From assembly GCF_009834535.1 (NCBI RefSeq), contig NC_045714.1, forward strand, positions 16,430,001-16,494,000: DNA of 64,000 nt. The letters are read 5' to 3'. The stretch comes from Camelus ferus. Its lineage: Eukaryota. Below, one piece after another: positions 37,560 to 49,719 of the stretch. The position numbers and the translations under genes are program-made. The notes under the pieces are model-generated. The model was not told where the DNA came from. It saw only the letters and a list, made by a program, of their open reading frames with translations, and made no database searches. Each line of letters opens with the position of its first letter. The first letter of the stretch is position 1.

Positions 37560-40500
37560 CTAGACGTCCACGCACTCTTTCCTCATCACGGTGAAGTCGC
37601 CGTGCCAGGGGAGCGCGCCCACCAGGAAGGTGCACCTCCGAATCTGAAAGAGACCAGCACCACGCAGAGCTCATCAGCGGCCACGAGAGAAGGCAAGGTG
37701 CCGGGCGTCAGCTTAGGAAGACGGTCGTCAGCCCAAGGGCGGTCCCCGGGAGCCTGCTGGCTGGAGGCGGCAGGCCGTACACGCAGGGACCTGCAGGGGC
37801 CTCGGTCCCCACCGCCCCGCCCACCGAGGGACAGCAAGTACCAATAATCATCATATTTTGGGGGGAGACCGGATGCAAAGCTGATTTTGTTTTTAATGCT
37901 CACGAGTATTTTCTACAGCCTAAGTGCCGCGGTTCTGTGCCAGGCACAGTGTGATGTGGGTGATCGTAAAGCCCCGGTAACGCCCTGGGCCCTGAGAACG
38001 CGGACACCAGGGAAAGAGCAACGTGGCGGGTTCTGGGGCCGAACGGACCTTTTCCTCCAAAGGCCGCTTCTCTCCTCGAAATGCCACTGAAATGACAAGT
38101 GAAATGTTCCATGTGTGGGTCACAGACGGGTGCACGGGGGCAGGGACGGAGGACGGGGCCAGGCAGGTAGCGGTCCTGGAAGACAGCGAAGGGCGTCTTC
38201 CGTCGCTGCCTGGAAGGCACTCAGCACCCCAGGGTGGCAGGGAGAAGGGCTTAGGTCCCTGTGGGTCCTGGCCACGTGCAGAAGGGGATTACGCGCCTCC
38301 TCCTCCCACGAACCCGCAGAAAACACCAAGTCATCGAGCCCTGGGACCCCAAACCTCCTTTGGTCTTTAACGGAACCAGATCACAGAAACGATGGAAAGC
38401 CTCATTCTCATGACACCAGACCAGAGAAACCCTGGAACCAAACAGAACTGAGAAACCAATTATAACCCTCACTCCCCGACTAAATGGAGCACCCTAAAAC
38501 ACCAGCAAATGAAGGGCGGCCGCGTATCAAACAGTCATTGTCCCTAACGCAGGGTGCTCCAGCGACACGACGGGGGTGGGGGTTGTCTGGACCTGACTTT
38601 CTGGTTCAGTAGTTTGGGACGAGGCCATGATCCTTGTGTGTGTGTGTTCGCGTGCGTGCCCTTGTGTCTGCGTGCATGTGGGGACGCATTCTCCACACTA
38701 GGGGATTGTGAGCACTTCGTACACATAAAAGCAAAGTTCCTACATGGACAGTGGTTCATGGACCCCCTGCACCCTAAGCCGCAAGAAGAGACACCCCCCC
38801 CGACCAGCCGTCCCTCCCAGCCTGGCCCCGCGGAACGGCGCCCACAAAGGGAGGGGACCCGAGGAGGGGGCCGACCTGCTGTCACCCAGCTAACACTAAC
38901 TCCAGTTAGTGGAGTTACGTAAAATGTAAAAATACAAAATATGAACTGAAGCCAACCATACCTCAACGTGCACGAGCGTATTCCCGGGTGGCCCTCCGGA
39001 ACTGCGCCCCCGCACCCAGAGAGACCTGGACATTTGCCATCAAAGACACGGGAATGCCAGGCGTGCACGTGGGCAGCAGGCTCCACAGAGCCGAGCGGGT
39101 CCGAGGAGCAAGGAGGCGCCCCGCCGCGCCCACGCGCAGCCGCCCAGGACCTTGAAGAGGTGCAGACTCACCAACGAAACCCGCACCCAGGCTCCCTGTG
39201 CACCTGTCGCCACCGTCAGTCAATGGGGGTGAGAACTAACCCTGACGTTCGAGTCAGGCCGGAGAACTGCCAAGAAGGGACAGGTGCTCCGTGTCCCGGA
39301 CGGGGAAGAAGGGCTCGCCGTTGAGGAACCTGCTGTTTCAGTCTATTGCACGAGTGGGTCAGAGGAGAAGGGCCACTTAGTGTGCGTGCAGCTGCTGAAA
39401 GGAGAACTCCTAGAAGGAAACACTCTCGATTGATTAATTTTTTAAATGTTATTCTTATTATTTTTAATGGAGGTGCTGGCTTGAGCCCAGGACCTCGTGC
39501 AGGCTAAGCTTGCGCTTGACCTCTGAGCTAGTCCCACCCTCTGAAACATTCTTAATTTAAAAAATAGTGAAATGAGTGTTGAAGGAATTTCAGAAACCAA
39601 CACGACAGAATATTTAGTGATGACGTAAATACTGCAAAGAACCCCATTGAATCCAGGAGCACGAGCAGTGGCCAGCGTCGCTCCCTTTCCGCGCGGCTCG
39701 AAACACTTGGAGAGGAGGAGGCGAGGTTTTCCTCACTGATAAACGTGTTGCGTGAAGACCTGGTCTCATGCCCGAGGTGGGCCATGGGAACGGCAGAACA
39801 AACGAGCCCCTTGGAGACAATTCTCCTCCCTTCTCTTTGGCATTTGCTACAAACAGCTAAAAAGCAACAACTTTCCTGCAACCACAACCAGCCCAGCAGA
39901 AAACAGAAATTGAAACCACCACACTCTGCTTCCGGGAAAAGACAAAACCGACATAAAAGATGGGATGGCCCAGACATACCGCTGCTGGAAGTGTCTGTCG
40001 TGCCGGGCGTCTGCGGCTGCAGTCGGCAGACCTGCTCACGGGAGTTCACAGGCGCCGTTCTGGGCACAGGTAACCACGGGCACCTGTCAGCGGGCCCTGT
40101 CTCCCACGCCGAGATGCGTGGAGCAGATGCGTTCTCCAGGTGAGGCACCGAGGCCCAAGCAGCTCCCCTCACCCTGCCGGGGCTTGTTAGCTATGCCAGT
40201 TCCTGGGTCCCACCCCAGACCCACTGAATCAGACTCCGCAGGTGGGACCCTGCTGTCTAAACACCAGGAGTGATGCTGACCTCAAGGAGAAGGTCTCGGT
40301 ACCCCGAGTTCTGCGGGGGGCTCAGAGCAGCCAAGGCCACCGCAGACAGTTGGTTTGCACCTACCTTCTCCAGTCTGGGGTTTTCCTTCGGGACACAGCT
40401 CTCGTTGCTGTTGGGGAGCTTCCTGCAATTGGTGCGGGCAATTTCAGCCTCGATGAGGTATTCCAAACAATCTGTGACCTGTCGATGAGCAATCGTGCGA

Positions 40501-41063
40501 CTTTGCTCAAAAAAGCTTTATTTTACTTTTTGAGAGTTTCAGCAAGCCCTAAACAACTTCTGCCCCCCCCCCCGTTTCCTCTCTCCCCAAACACACCTTC
40601 AGCGGGGGGTCTATGGCACCCACCACATCCCAATGCCCTGACCTGGCCCCACCGGGTGTCTGGGGCGGCTCCATCCGGTGTGGGACCTCCTCGAAGGTGA
40701 GACCTCCTACCTCCAGGGTGTGGGGCGCACGTTTGCTACCGCTGGTACCGGGGACCCCCACGCCCGCCCTCCTAGCCTGGCCTCGGTCTGGGCCACCAGG
40801 TGCAAATGCACCAACCGGGGGAGGCGCCTTACCTGCAGGTGGACTTGCAGCACCTTGACCACCTGGAAGAGGTGCTTCTCAGCGCTCTCCCTGTTGAACT
40901 CCTGCATGGCAAACCACAGGCACTGCCTCACGTTGGCGCTGGAGGGGCTGACTTTCTTCAGTTCTCTCAGCACCTTGACTTTCGTCTTGTCGAGGTCCGC
41001 GCTGTCCACCAGGGCCAGCGGAATGGTGAGCAGGAGCAGGCGGGTCCCCCAGGGTCTGGTCAT
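37560..41063 (-). CDS. CST8: Cystatin 8 (CRES), 142 aa. Exons 41063-40833, 40478-40365, 37643-37560
   Basis: Reads LLTIPLALV...[20 protein letters not shown]...LQ | [20 protein letters not shown]...ENPRLEK | [27 protein letters not shown], with canonical splice sites; matches human/mouse CST8 motifs. Confidence 0.95.
39440..39542 (-). mobile_element. tRNA-derived SINE in CST8 intron 2
   Basis: ttttaatggaggtgctgg...cccaggacctcgtgcaggctaagc...ctgagcta. Confidence 0.7.
40175..40285 (+). mobile_element. MER5A-like relic
   Basis: cttgttag...ctgggtcccaccccagacccactgaatcagactc. Confidence 0.6.
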
Positions 41064-42266
41064 GGTCCCTCCGTCCAGGGGCCAGAGGTGGGCTTCCTTG
41101 GCGTCTCAGGGCTGGAGCCGCAGGCGGGGTAGGGTGGCCGCTGCTCCCGCGCAGGTTCACAGATCTTGCTGTGAGAGCGTCAGCCCAGCTGGATTGAGAC
41201 AGAGCTGTCAGGGCTACCCGGGGGGCACCCTCTGTCCTCCAAGGAGCCCCCCCACGGGAGCCAGTGAAGGGCGCCCCACCGGCCTCCCGCCCCACTCATC
41301 CTGGGTGGGTCTGCGGCTCCAGCGACAGCACTTGGACTCGGGGTCCACACCTACCCTGAGTGCCTCACCGCCTACTCCTGCTTCTGCGTCTGTGCAGCCG
41401 TGAAGGCTGTGGCTGCCCTGAGTCTTCCCGCTCTGGCCCCCTTTCCAAACTGCTGCCCCTCCTGTGGAGTTGGGTGCTGACCCAGCCCTTGCCCGGGGTT
41501 CTCCTGTGAACCAGCACTTCCAGCTGCCCCCAAGCTCTGGTCTGGGGCCTCCTGCTCCTGATCCCTGGTCTGTCTTCACCTTCTGAGTCCACGCCCTGCA
41601 GGGAGGTCACACTTTGTGATGTAATCCTGCACCTGCAACCCTGCCTCCGGGAGGGCACCTCTGCCCTGCCGGTCGCTGGCCCTCGGTCCAGGCAGCTCAC
41701 GCAGTGGACGAGCACCTCCTGCCCTCGGGGTGGAGGGTGCCCCAGCGGTCTCCTGCCCACCGGTGCCGTGACTCTGGACTCCCTCTGCTGTCCTGCCGAG
41801 GGCCGTGGGTCACAGCCCATCCTGGCGCCCAGGCCTTAGGACAAGGGGGCGCACTCTCCCCAGGGCTCTCCGACGCTCTGCTTCCCTGTGAAAGTCCAGC
41901 ACATTCTGGGGGGTGCAGAGAGGTGGGCACTGGTCCCAGGATATGAAGGCTGCCCGGCTCCCGACCTTGGGCAGCGTGTGGGAAGTGACAGCCCCCACCT
42001 CGCGGGTGGGTGGCCCTAACCACTGCTGGTGGGAACCCGCCGCGTTGCCCTTCGACTATTGATGGAGGCTGGTGTTTCTCATGGTCAGTCGCTACAAACA
42101 CCTTTCCAGAATCTCCGCAGAGTTACACAGGTGTTTCCGTATTTGGCGAATTCTCAATAATGTTGGAAAATGCTTATAAAGAAAAAATCATGCACAAGAT
42201 GCAAAACACTGAATAGGATCCAATTCTTCATAAATACAAATGTTATGAAAAAACGTAGGAGAATCG

Positions 42267-42418
42267 GGGGGGAGGGGAGAGCTCAGTGGTAGAGCACACG
42301 CTTAGCATGCACGAGGTCCTGGGTTCAGTCCCCAGTCCCTCCATTAAGGTAAGTAAACCTAATTACCCCCCCCCCCCGCCCCGCAAAAATCCCAAAGAAC
42401 AAAACAAAACAAAACGCA
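42267..42418 (+). mobile_element. tRNA-derived SINE (camelid-type), near full length
   Basis: ggggaggggagagctcagtggtagagcacacgcttagcatgcacgaggtcctgggttcagtccccag (A/B boxes), with taagtaaacctaattacc and an A-rich tail. Confidence 0.85.
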
Positions 42419-44170
42419 GGAGAATCCATCACACTGTGTCATGTGGGCGGCCTCTTCATCCTCATCCCTCGCAGCCTCTCCCACCTCCAAGCACCAGGCA
42501 CAGCTTCCTCTCGGGGGGCTTGGGGTTCCTCCCTCCCCTCCACGCAGCCACTCATCCTGGTTCATCTGCCTGCAAGTCTCAACACAGACCCCCCAAATCT
42601 AAAGTGCCTCTCCCCACTGCTCCCTGCTGCTCCCAGATGCTCCCAGATGCTCCCAGATGCTCCCCGCTGCTCCTGTCTTCATCACTGTTTCAACACATCA
42701 TCTCTTATAACCTGCAGTTACTTATTGGTGAACATCTGTATTGTCTGCCTACCCCCTCGAGAGAGAAAACAGGCTTTCTCAGGCAGGGACTCCTTCCTGT
42801 CACTCATTGTATCACCGCCAGAGCCAGGAGCCAGGCCAGGCATAGAGAACATGTCATTGTTTGTTGAGTGAAGCAATGCTCTTGCCTTGATGAAAAAAAC
42901 ATTCACTTTGGATTTTTCTTTACATTTGTATCTTTCACGTTTCCTGTATTTCATATGCATTGCTTTAATAGTTAGGAAAAAAGAAAGAGGGAAAGTAGCC
43001 CTGGCACGGGGACACGGGGACGTGAGCAGAAGTGGGGCAGACAGAAGGGCCGCTCCTGGTGGGGAGCTGCGGGTGTGCGGGTGCGTGTGGGCCGCGCAGG
43101 ACCTGACCGTCTGTCACCTCCAGGGGCTCAGCTACACGTGCCCCTCTGCCCTGCTCCCCTCCCCGTCCCTGGGTCAGGAGGCCTCGGGCACCGGGGTCTG
43201 ACGTTTCCAGTCCTGCAGACGCTTGTGCTCCTGCCGCTGTCCTTAGGTCACCCGACTCTTCTCTTTCTTACCGACCCCTCCTTCCCTGCTGCCTTCTGCA
43301 AGCACTCCCCAGGGGTGAGATCTGGGTGAAGGGGGACTCCCAGCAAGCACCCTCCAAGGCCTGCATCTCCAAGCCAGGCCCCCGTAAAACCTCTGGGTTT
43401 CATGGAAATCAGGGATTCACAAAATGCATGTCAGTTTTTATATTGTGTGCTTGTATCGTGAGCCCCAAGTATATTTTCACTCCCTAAGGATTTGGGACTA
43501 GTGACTGGGCTGAATCTGGGGGGTTTGTCCAGGGTACAATGACACGGGACAGGCCCCCAGCTGGTGACTGACCAGCAGGGAAAGGGACAGACTGCCAACC
43601 ACAGGCACGCAAACCAGATCCCCAACATTCAAGAGGCCGGAGGGAGGACGCCTCAGCCCCTCCCGCTGGGTACCCCACCAGACGGCACACCACCCCGTCT
43701 CTGATCCAGTCCTGCCCCTTCCCTAGGCCCCTCCAGGGTAGCTCCCGACAAGGACCTAGGAGGCGGGGGTCTGTCATCTCAGGGCCTGTCTCCAGGCTAC
43801 TGGTCAGTGCTGACGGCCACAGAGGCCAGGCTGGGCCCTGGTCAGGGAACATAGACATCGAGGGGCAGGACGGGAGGTGGGGACCAGACCTGCCATCTTC
43901 TGGGCCATCCCCAGAGGGGACATCACACAGGCAGCTCCCGGGACAAGTGTCCTGATGGGGTCCACAGAGGACAGAGCCTGCTGTCATCTCAGTCACCACC
44001 TCCTACCCCTGGGCCTGGGCATGGTGCCCCCACAAAGGGACACCCCACTGTGAGCCCAGCATCAAAGATGGACACAAAGAGGACACAGGTGGCTATCACT
44101 GGGAAAACCATCTGCATTGCATTTTAGTGGAATGAATGGAGAGATTGGAGGAAGAATGATCAAAGGAATG

Positions 44171-44466
44171 NNNNNNNNNNNNNNNNNNNNNNNNNNNNNN
44201 NNNNNNNNNNNNNNNNNNNNNNNNNNNNNNNNNNNNNNNNNNNNNNNNNNNNNNNNNNNNNNNNNNNNNNNNNNNNNNNNNNNNNNNNNNNNNNNNNNNN
44301 NNNNNNNNNNNNNNNNNNNNNNNNNNNNNNNNNNNNNNNNNNNNNNNNNNNNNNNNNNNNNNNNNNNNNNNNNNNNNNNNNNNNNNNNNNNNNNNNNNNN
44401 NNNNNNNNNNNNNNNNNNNNNNNNNNNNNNNNNNNNNNNNNNNNNNNNNNNNNNNNNNNNNNNNNN
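44171..44466. other. Assembly gap (N run)
   Basis: 296 N. Confidence 1.
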
Positions 44467-44542
44467 GGGACCCCTGCAAGAACCAGGGAGGGCACCCCCA
44501 CAGGAGCTGAGGGTTTGATTGGCTCAGCATGCTGCACCTGCT

Positions 44543-45404
44543 GCCCAGGTGGGAACAACAGTGACAACTTCTCCATCACTCGTCACTGGCGGCGACATCC
44601 ATGGAAACGGACCATTGGGGAGCACACAGAACTGACAGGGGCCCAGAGTGATCTGAGGTGCCTTTACTTCCCTTGGTGCTGCACAGACCTAGGACCCCGG
44701 AACGTCATCCAGAGGAAGAGGGTCTGCTGCGGGAGATGGGGGCCCCTTCCCCTGGTTCTGCTGGCAGGTGCTGTTCACAAGGGTGAACTGGGTGATCCAG
44801 GGTTGCGAGTCCACCACGAAAGTGCAGCTCACCTGGAAACAGGAACCGTAAGACATAAAATCAGACCAACGTAGCAGTGAGAGCACGTGGCGTGGAGGAC
44901 TTCACAGGTGCCCGGATGGGTTAAAAGCTAAAGAGGGAGGAAAAGCAGAATCCAGCGGCGGCCTGGGGCCGGGCTCGGGAGCTCAGGTCTCCACCTGGGT
45001 GATGGGCGGGGGTGCTGAATCCGCCCGTCGTGGATGGGGGCTCCCCAGAGGGTGCCTGGTGGGGCCATTGCCTGTCCCCCAGGTCCCCCCACCCACCATG
45101 ATGCTGTATGAAGGGCCTCTGCCTGTGGGCTCTGGGAGCCTGGCAGACTGCCTAGGAGAGGGTCCAGATGGCGCCCCCCCCCACCTGGGAGTGGCTGCAG
45201 ACCCACCCCAAGGGGAGGCTGCCCCCCAGGCTGGGATCTGGGGACACTAGCCCCAAGGAGGGCGTCCCCCTGACTGAGGCCCACGCCCACGGTCCCAGTC
45301 CAATGGATCAGACGTCAGCTCGTAGGATGACGACAGGAGGACTGGCTGAGCTGGGCTTGTCCTCGCAGCCCAGGGACCAGGGGGAGAGGTGGGGTGACCA
45401 GCGA
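44543..45404. repeat. Direct repeat copy 1 (about 860 bp) of 48860-49719, including the shared last exon
   Basis: Offset 4315-4317. No differences seen over the first ~590 bp; a few SNPs/indels in the remainder. Confidence 0.95.
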
Positions 45405-47808
45405 GCTGAACAGTCCTCCTGTCCGGAGGAATCGGAGCAAAGGAGAGAGGGGCGCACGGCAAGAGCAGCGTCTCCAGGACCTGAGCCTCAGGGAGCAGGA
45501 AGCTGGGACAGGGAGAGCTCCCCCAGGGAGGAGGAGCACGTCGGAGGGGGGTTTCTGGGGGTCTCTGGGGAGCCAGCCAGGCTGTGCTGGGCACAGCGGT
45601 GACCGTGCAGAGTGACCGCCTCTCCCATCTGCAGGAGCCCAGGGGCCCGGTGGAGAGGGTCATCCCTGCGACCTTCCCGAGCCCCCCATAGGCCGTCCTT
45701 GATGCAGCTTCGCTGTCAGAAGCCTCGTGAAGATTTGGGCTGATTTATTCTCACACCGTCTTCTCTCCCGGGCCTTCCTGCAGGGGACAGTTGTCAATGT
45801 CTTCGTCATGTTTTCTACAAATCGTGCGGCCCAGCTTCAGGTCCATTAAATATGTCCAGCTAAGCTTCTGTAAAGAAGAGATTGTAGAAACGCCTGTGAA
45901 ATTCTTTGCGATAGTGAGAAAAACACAGAGAAGCAAACAGGAAATGGGCGGTAGGCTCGAAGGTGCGCAGGCAGTGAGGGAGGCACAGCTGGTGCACTTC
46001 GCTTATTGTTCCTGTTTCTTATTTTCTTTATTATTTCACTTTTTCATTTTAATTCTCTACTTTTCTTACAAATAGATGTCCCTGAGGGCACCTCCAGCAG
46101 CCTGGCCTCTCCGCTGCACTCCCCCTGACGGCCGGCTCCAGGACCCCCAGCACCAGTGCCAGATGTGCGTGGAGGGGGGGACAGTCACGGGAAGCAGGGC
46201 GCGCGGCGCTGAGCGCACACGCACGCGCATGGCACACCTGACAGCAGACCCGCCCCTCAGTCACATCGGCCTGACACGCGGAGGCCCCAGGCCACTCCTT
46301 CCAGAGAAGGGGGCGGGGATCCTGGTCCCCGGCGCCACCGTCAGAGCCGCGCCATCCCTCGGGGGCTGCACCCAGATCGGGACGGGCCTGGGGGCCGGGG
46401 GGCCTCTTTCCCACGGTGGGGGTGGGGGGAGCTGCGGCACCAGGGACTCACTAGCCAACTCTCATCCGGGTCCGGGTGGGTGGGTGCTCAGGGGCCAGGC
46501 GCTGCTCCTCCAACAACTCACTGCGCGTTATGATTTCATCCCCTACTTAGAGGTGAGGAACACTCGGGAGGAACCCAAACACCGTGAGGAAGGCAGCCAG
46601 AAAGCTCCGCAGGCAGGAGCAGCCCTCCCTGCAGAAAGCTGGCTTCGTTCGGGGCCCAGGGATCCCTGCAGCGGAGGGCCCCCGGCCACACCCCGGCCCA
46701 CCCCGCACGCCCGCACGTCCTGGGTGAGGGCGGGCTGGGCGGGGGAGGCAGCCTCGGCTTCCCTGGTTCCAGGGCTGGGACGCAGCCCAGGGAAGAAGCA
46801 GCCAGTCAGGAGACGGGGCCACATGAGGGAAGCCGGGCCATCTGTGCAGGGTGGGGGCCTCCCTCCAGTCCCTTCGGGAGTGTGTGCAGAGGGGACCCTC
46901 CCCTCAGAGCCCCGCTGACGTGGACTGGCTCGGGGCTGGTCACCGGTACCAGGGTAGGGCCCGGGCTCCCGATGGCTGGACCAGAGTTACTCCAGTGGAA
47001 GGGCGAGGGGGAGCGGGGTGGGAGGAACCCCTGCACAACCAGGTCTAAGGACGCCCACTGCCATCCGGCTCCACCCTGACCCTCAGTGATGCTCTGTGAC
47101 CCACAGCCTTCCGGGCCTTCCTAGGCTGCTTCGGGAATTCCGAAGGTGATGGGTTCCCAGGCATCTTCTGGTCCCTGCCCTACTCCATGGTCTTGCAAGT
47201 TGGTGAGTACTGTTCACCCACGTGCTCAGGGCAAAACCTGGGGTCCGTGCCTGCCCCCACCCCCATCAGTGCCCCCACATCACCTCCAAGCAGACTTAGA
47301 AGCCAGCTTTTCTTCTACCTCCCAGGGACCAGGGACCAGGGACCAGCTCCCACACCCTGCTCTCCGCTGGCCCCAGGCTGCCGCCCCCGCACCCACAGCG
47401 TCCAGAGAGGTGCCGGCCGGAGCTCTGTGGGATCTCTCCCTTCTAACGCTACCTCGTATTTTTAGACATCACTCACCTTGCTTTTCCCTGCAGACCACGG
47501 GTGCGCCCTCCAGGCTTGGTTTCAGGGGGATGGTGGAGCCACAGGGGAGCCCCCCACCCCTCACCCACACACCCCTAACCCCGCACCCCCACCCACTCCC
47601 CTGCGCCCCTCACCTTGCGCTGGCTCCTCCCCACCCACATCAGCTTGTAAGCGTACTCATCAGGATGGTGCTCGTTGAAGTGAAACACAGCGAATTCCAC
47701 ACACATGCTGAAGAAATTCGTGCTCTTACTAACATCCTCGAAGTCCCAGCTGCCAACATGCAGCCCCAGCACCAGGAGCCCCAGCAGCACAGGCTCCCTC
47801 GGGAACAT
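44689..47808 (-). CDS. CST12/CST15-like CRES-family cystatin (gene A), 149 aa. Exons 47808-47614, 45867-45757, 44832-44689
   Basis: Reads [23 protein letters not shown]...[30 protein letters not shown] | [37 protein letters not shown] | [26 protein letters not shown]+21 aa. Resembles mouse Cst12 ([21 protein letters not shown]); exact orthology is uncertain. Confidence 0.8.
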
Positions 47809-48859
47809 GCTGTCCGTCTGGCGACAGCCTGGAGGCCCGCAGCGCCCGGCGGGGGTGGCAGTGACGGCTAGCCCTGCCCAGCTCCCCGCCCCTGCACTGC
47901 TGCCCGGCCCCTCCTCTGCGTCCCTGCCCGCCCTGCTGTCACCACCAGACTGAGGGCAGAGTGAGAGGCACGACTCCCACCACTTGTTTGGGAAGCCTGG
48001 GCCCAGGGACATGTGTGCAGTGGCTCTGTCCCCAGAGGGGCCTGGGTGAGGGTCTCCTTGCGCTGCCCCCTCGGCAGCGCATCCCAGGACTGGTGGAACC
48101 GCGGGGACACTTAGTACTGGTGGGCCCCGAGTCCTGGGGAGCAGAGGGCAGCCCTGGTCTCCCTCTGACCTTGGCCGTGGCCTGTGACCTCAGGGAGCAC
48201 CAGGAGGGTGCAGTGAGGGGGGCCACGGGCTGGGGGCCCACCGTCCCCACCACCCCTGGCCCTGCTGTCCGTCTTCCCAGGAGGCCTGGCCGTGCTTGGC
48301 AGCTGGAAGGGGGGCACAAGGGGGAAGTCACCCCAAGGCAGGGGCTCTGCGGGACTGGACGTGAGCCCCAGCCACAGGCAGGAGAGGGGTCGGGGCTGGG
48401 GAAGTCGGGCCCCGCCAGCCCGGCTGACGTGCGTTCATGCAGCTCTGCCATCTGAGGTCCTGTGGCCACTGCCATGTGGCTCCATCACTCTCTCCTCTCA
48501 GGACCCATGATGCTGAAGTGCCCAGCCTGGGACGCGTACACGGCCTGGGAGCCGGGAGGCCGGGAAGGTAGGGGTGCTGCCGGTGAACAATGCTTCCCCT
48601 GGGGCATGGGGTCAAGGGTCACCTGTCCAGCGAGATGATCCCAGGAAGAGGAGGTCTGGACCACAGTCGTGGGGACCCATTGTAGGACAGGACTGGGGCC
48701 GGCACAGAAAGAGAGGGAGTGTGGACACTGGGGGACACCCTTGTCACCAGACTCATGGCCACACCTCTGAGGGACATGGTACACTCTTGCCAGGGCAGGC
48801 ACAAGGAGGGCGCAGGGACCTGCTTCGGGGGTGTCCATGCCAGACTGTCCTGCCCCACA

Positions 48860-49719
48860 GCCCAGGTGGGAACAACAGTGACAACTTCTCCATCACTCGT
48901 CACTGGCGGCGACATCCATGGAAACGGACCATTGGGGAGCACACAGAACTGACAGGGGCCCAGAGTGATCTGAGGTGCCTTTACTTCCCTTGGTGCTGCA
49001 CAGACCTAGGACCCCGGAACGTCATCCAGAGGAAGAGGGTCTGCTGCGGGAGATGGGGGCCCCTTCCCCTGGTTCTGCTGGCAGGTGCTGTTCACAAGGG
49101 TGAACTGGGTGATCCAGGGTTGCGAGTCCACCACGAAAGTGCAGCTCACCTGGAAACAGGAACCGTAAGACATAAAATCAGACCAACGTAGCAGTGAGAG
49201 CACGTGGCGTGGAGGACTTCACAGGTGCCCGGATGGGTTAAAAGCTAAAGAGGGAGGAAAAGCAGAATCCAGCGGCGGCCTGGGGCCGGGCTCGGGAGCT
49301 CAGGTCTCCACCTGGGTGATGGGCGGGGGTGCTGAATCCGCCCGTCGTGGATGGGGGCTCCCCAGAGGGTGCCTGGTGGGGCCATTGCCTGTCCCCCAGG
49401 TCCCCCCACCCACCATGATGCTGTATGAAGGGCCTCTGCCTGTGGGCTCTGGGAGCTGGCAGACTGCCCAGGAGAGGGTCCAGATGGCGCCCCCCCCACC
49501 TGGGAGTGGCTGCAGACCCACCCCAAGGGGAGGCTGCCCCCCAGGCTGGGATCAGGGGACACCAGCCCCCCGGAGGGCGTCCCCCTGACTGAGGCCCACG
49601 CCCACGGTCCCAGTCCAATGGATCAGATGTCAGCTCGTAGGATGACGACAGGAGGACTGGCTGAGCTGGGCTTGTCCTCGCAGCCCAGGGACCCGGGGGA
49701 GAGGTGGGGTGACCAGCGA
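48860..49719. repeat. Direct repeat copy 2 of 44543-45404
   Basis: Identical ORFs at 44689..44886 and 49006..49203. Confidence 0.95.

Noticed and set aside
38850-38965. Minus-strand [13 protein letters not shown] resembling a cystatin exon 3 inside CST8 intron 2
   Set aside because: No PW or terminal Cys; the true exon 3 is at 37560-37643
42267-42345. tRNA-like A/B boxes as a tRNA gene
   Set aside because: It is the head of a SINE with a tail and several dispersed copies in the window
44096-44579. ORFs spanning N runs (also 54608-55510)
   Set aside because: Artefacts of assembly gaps
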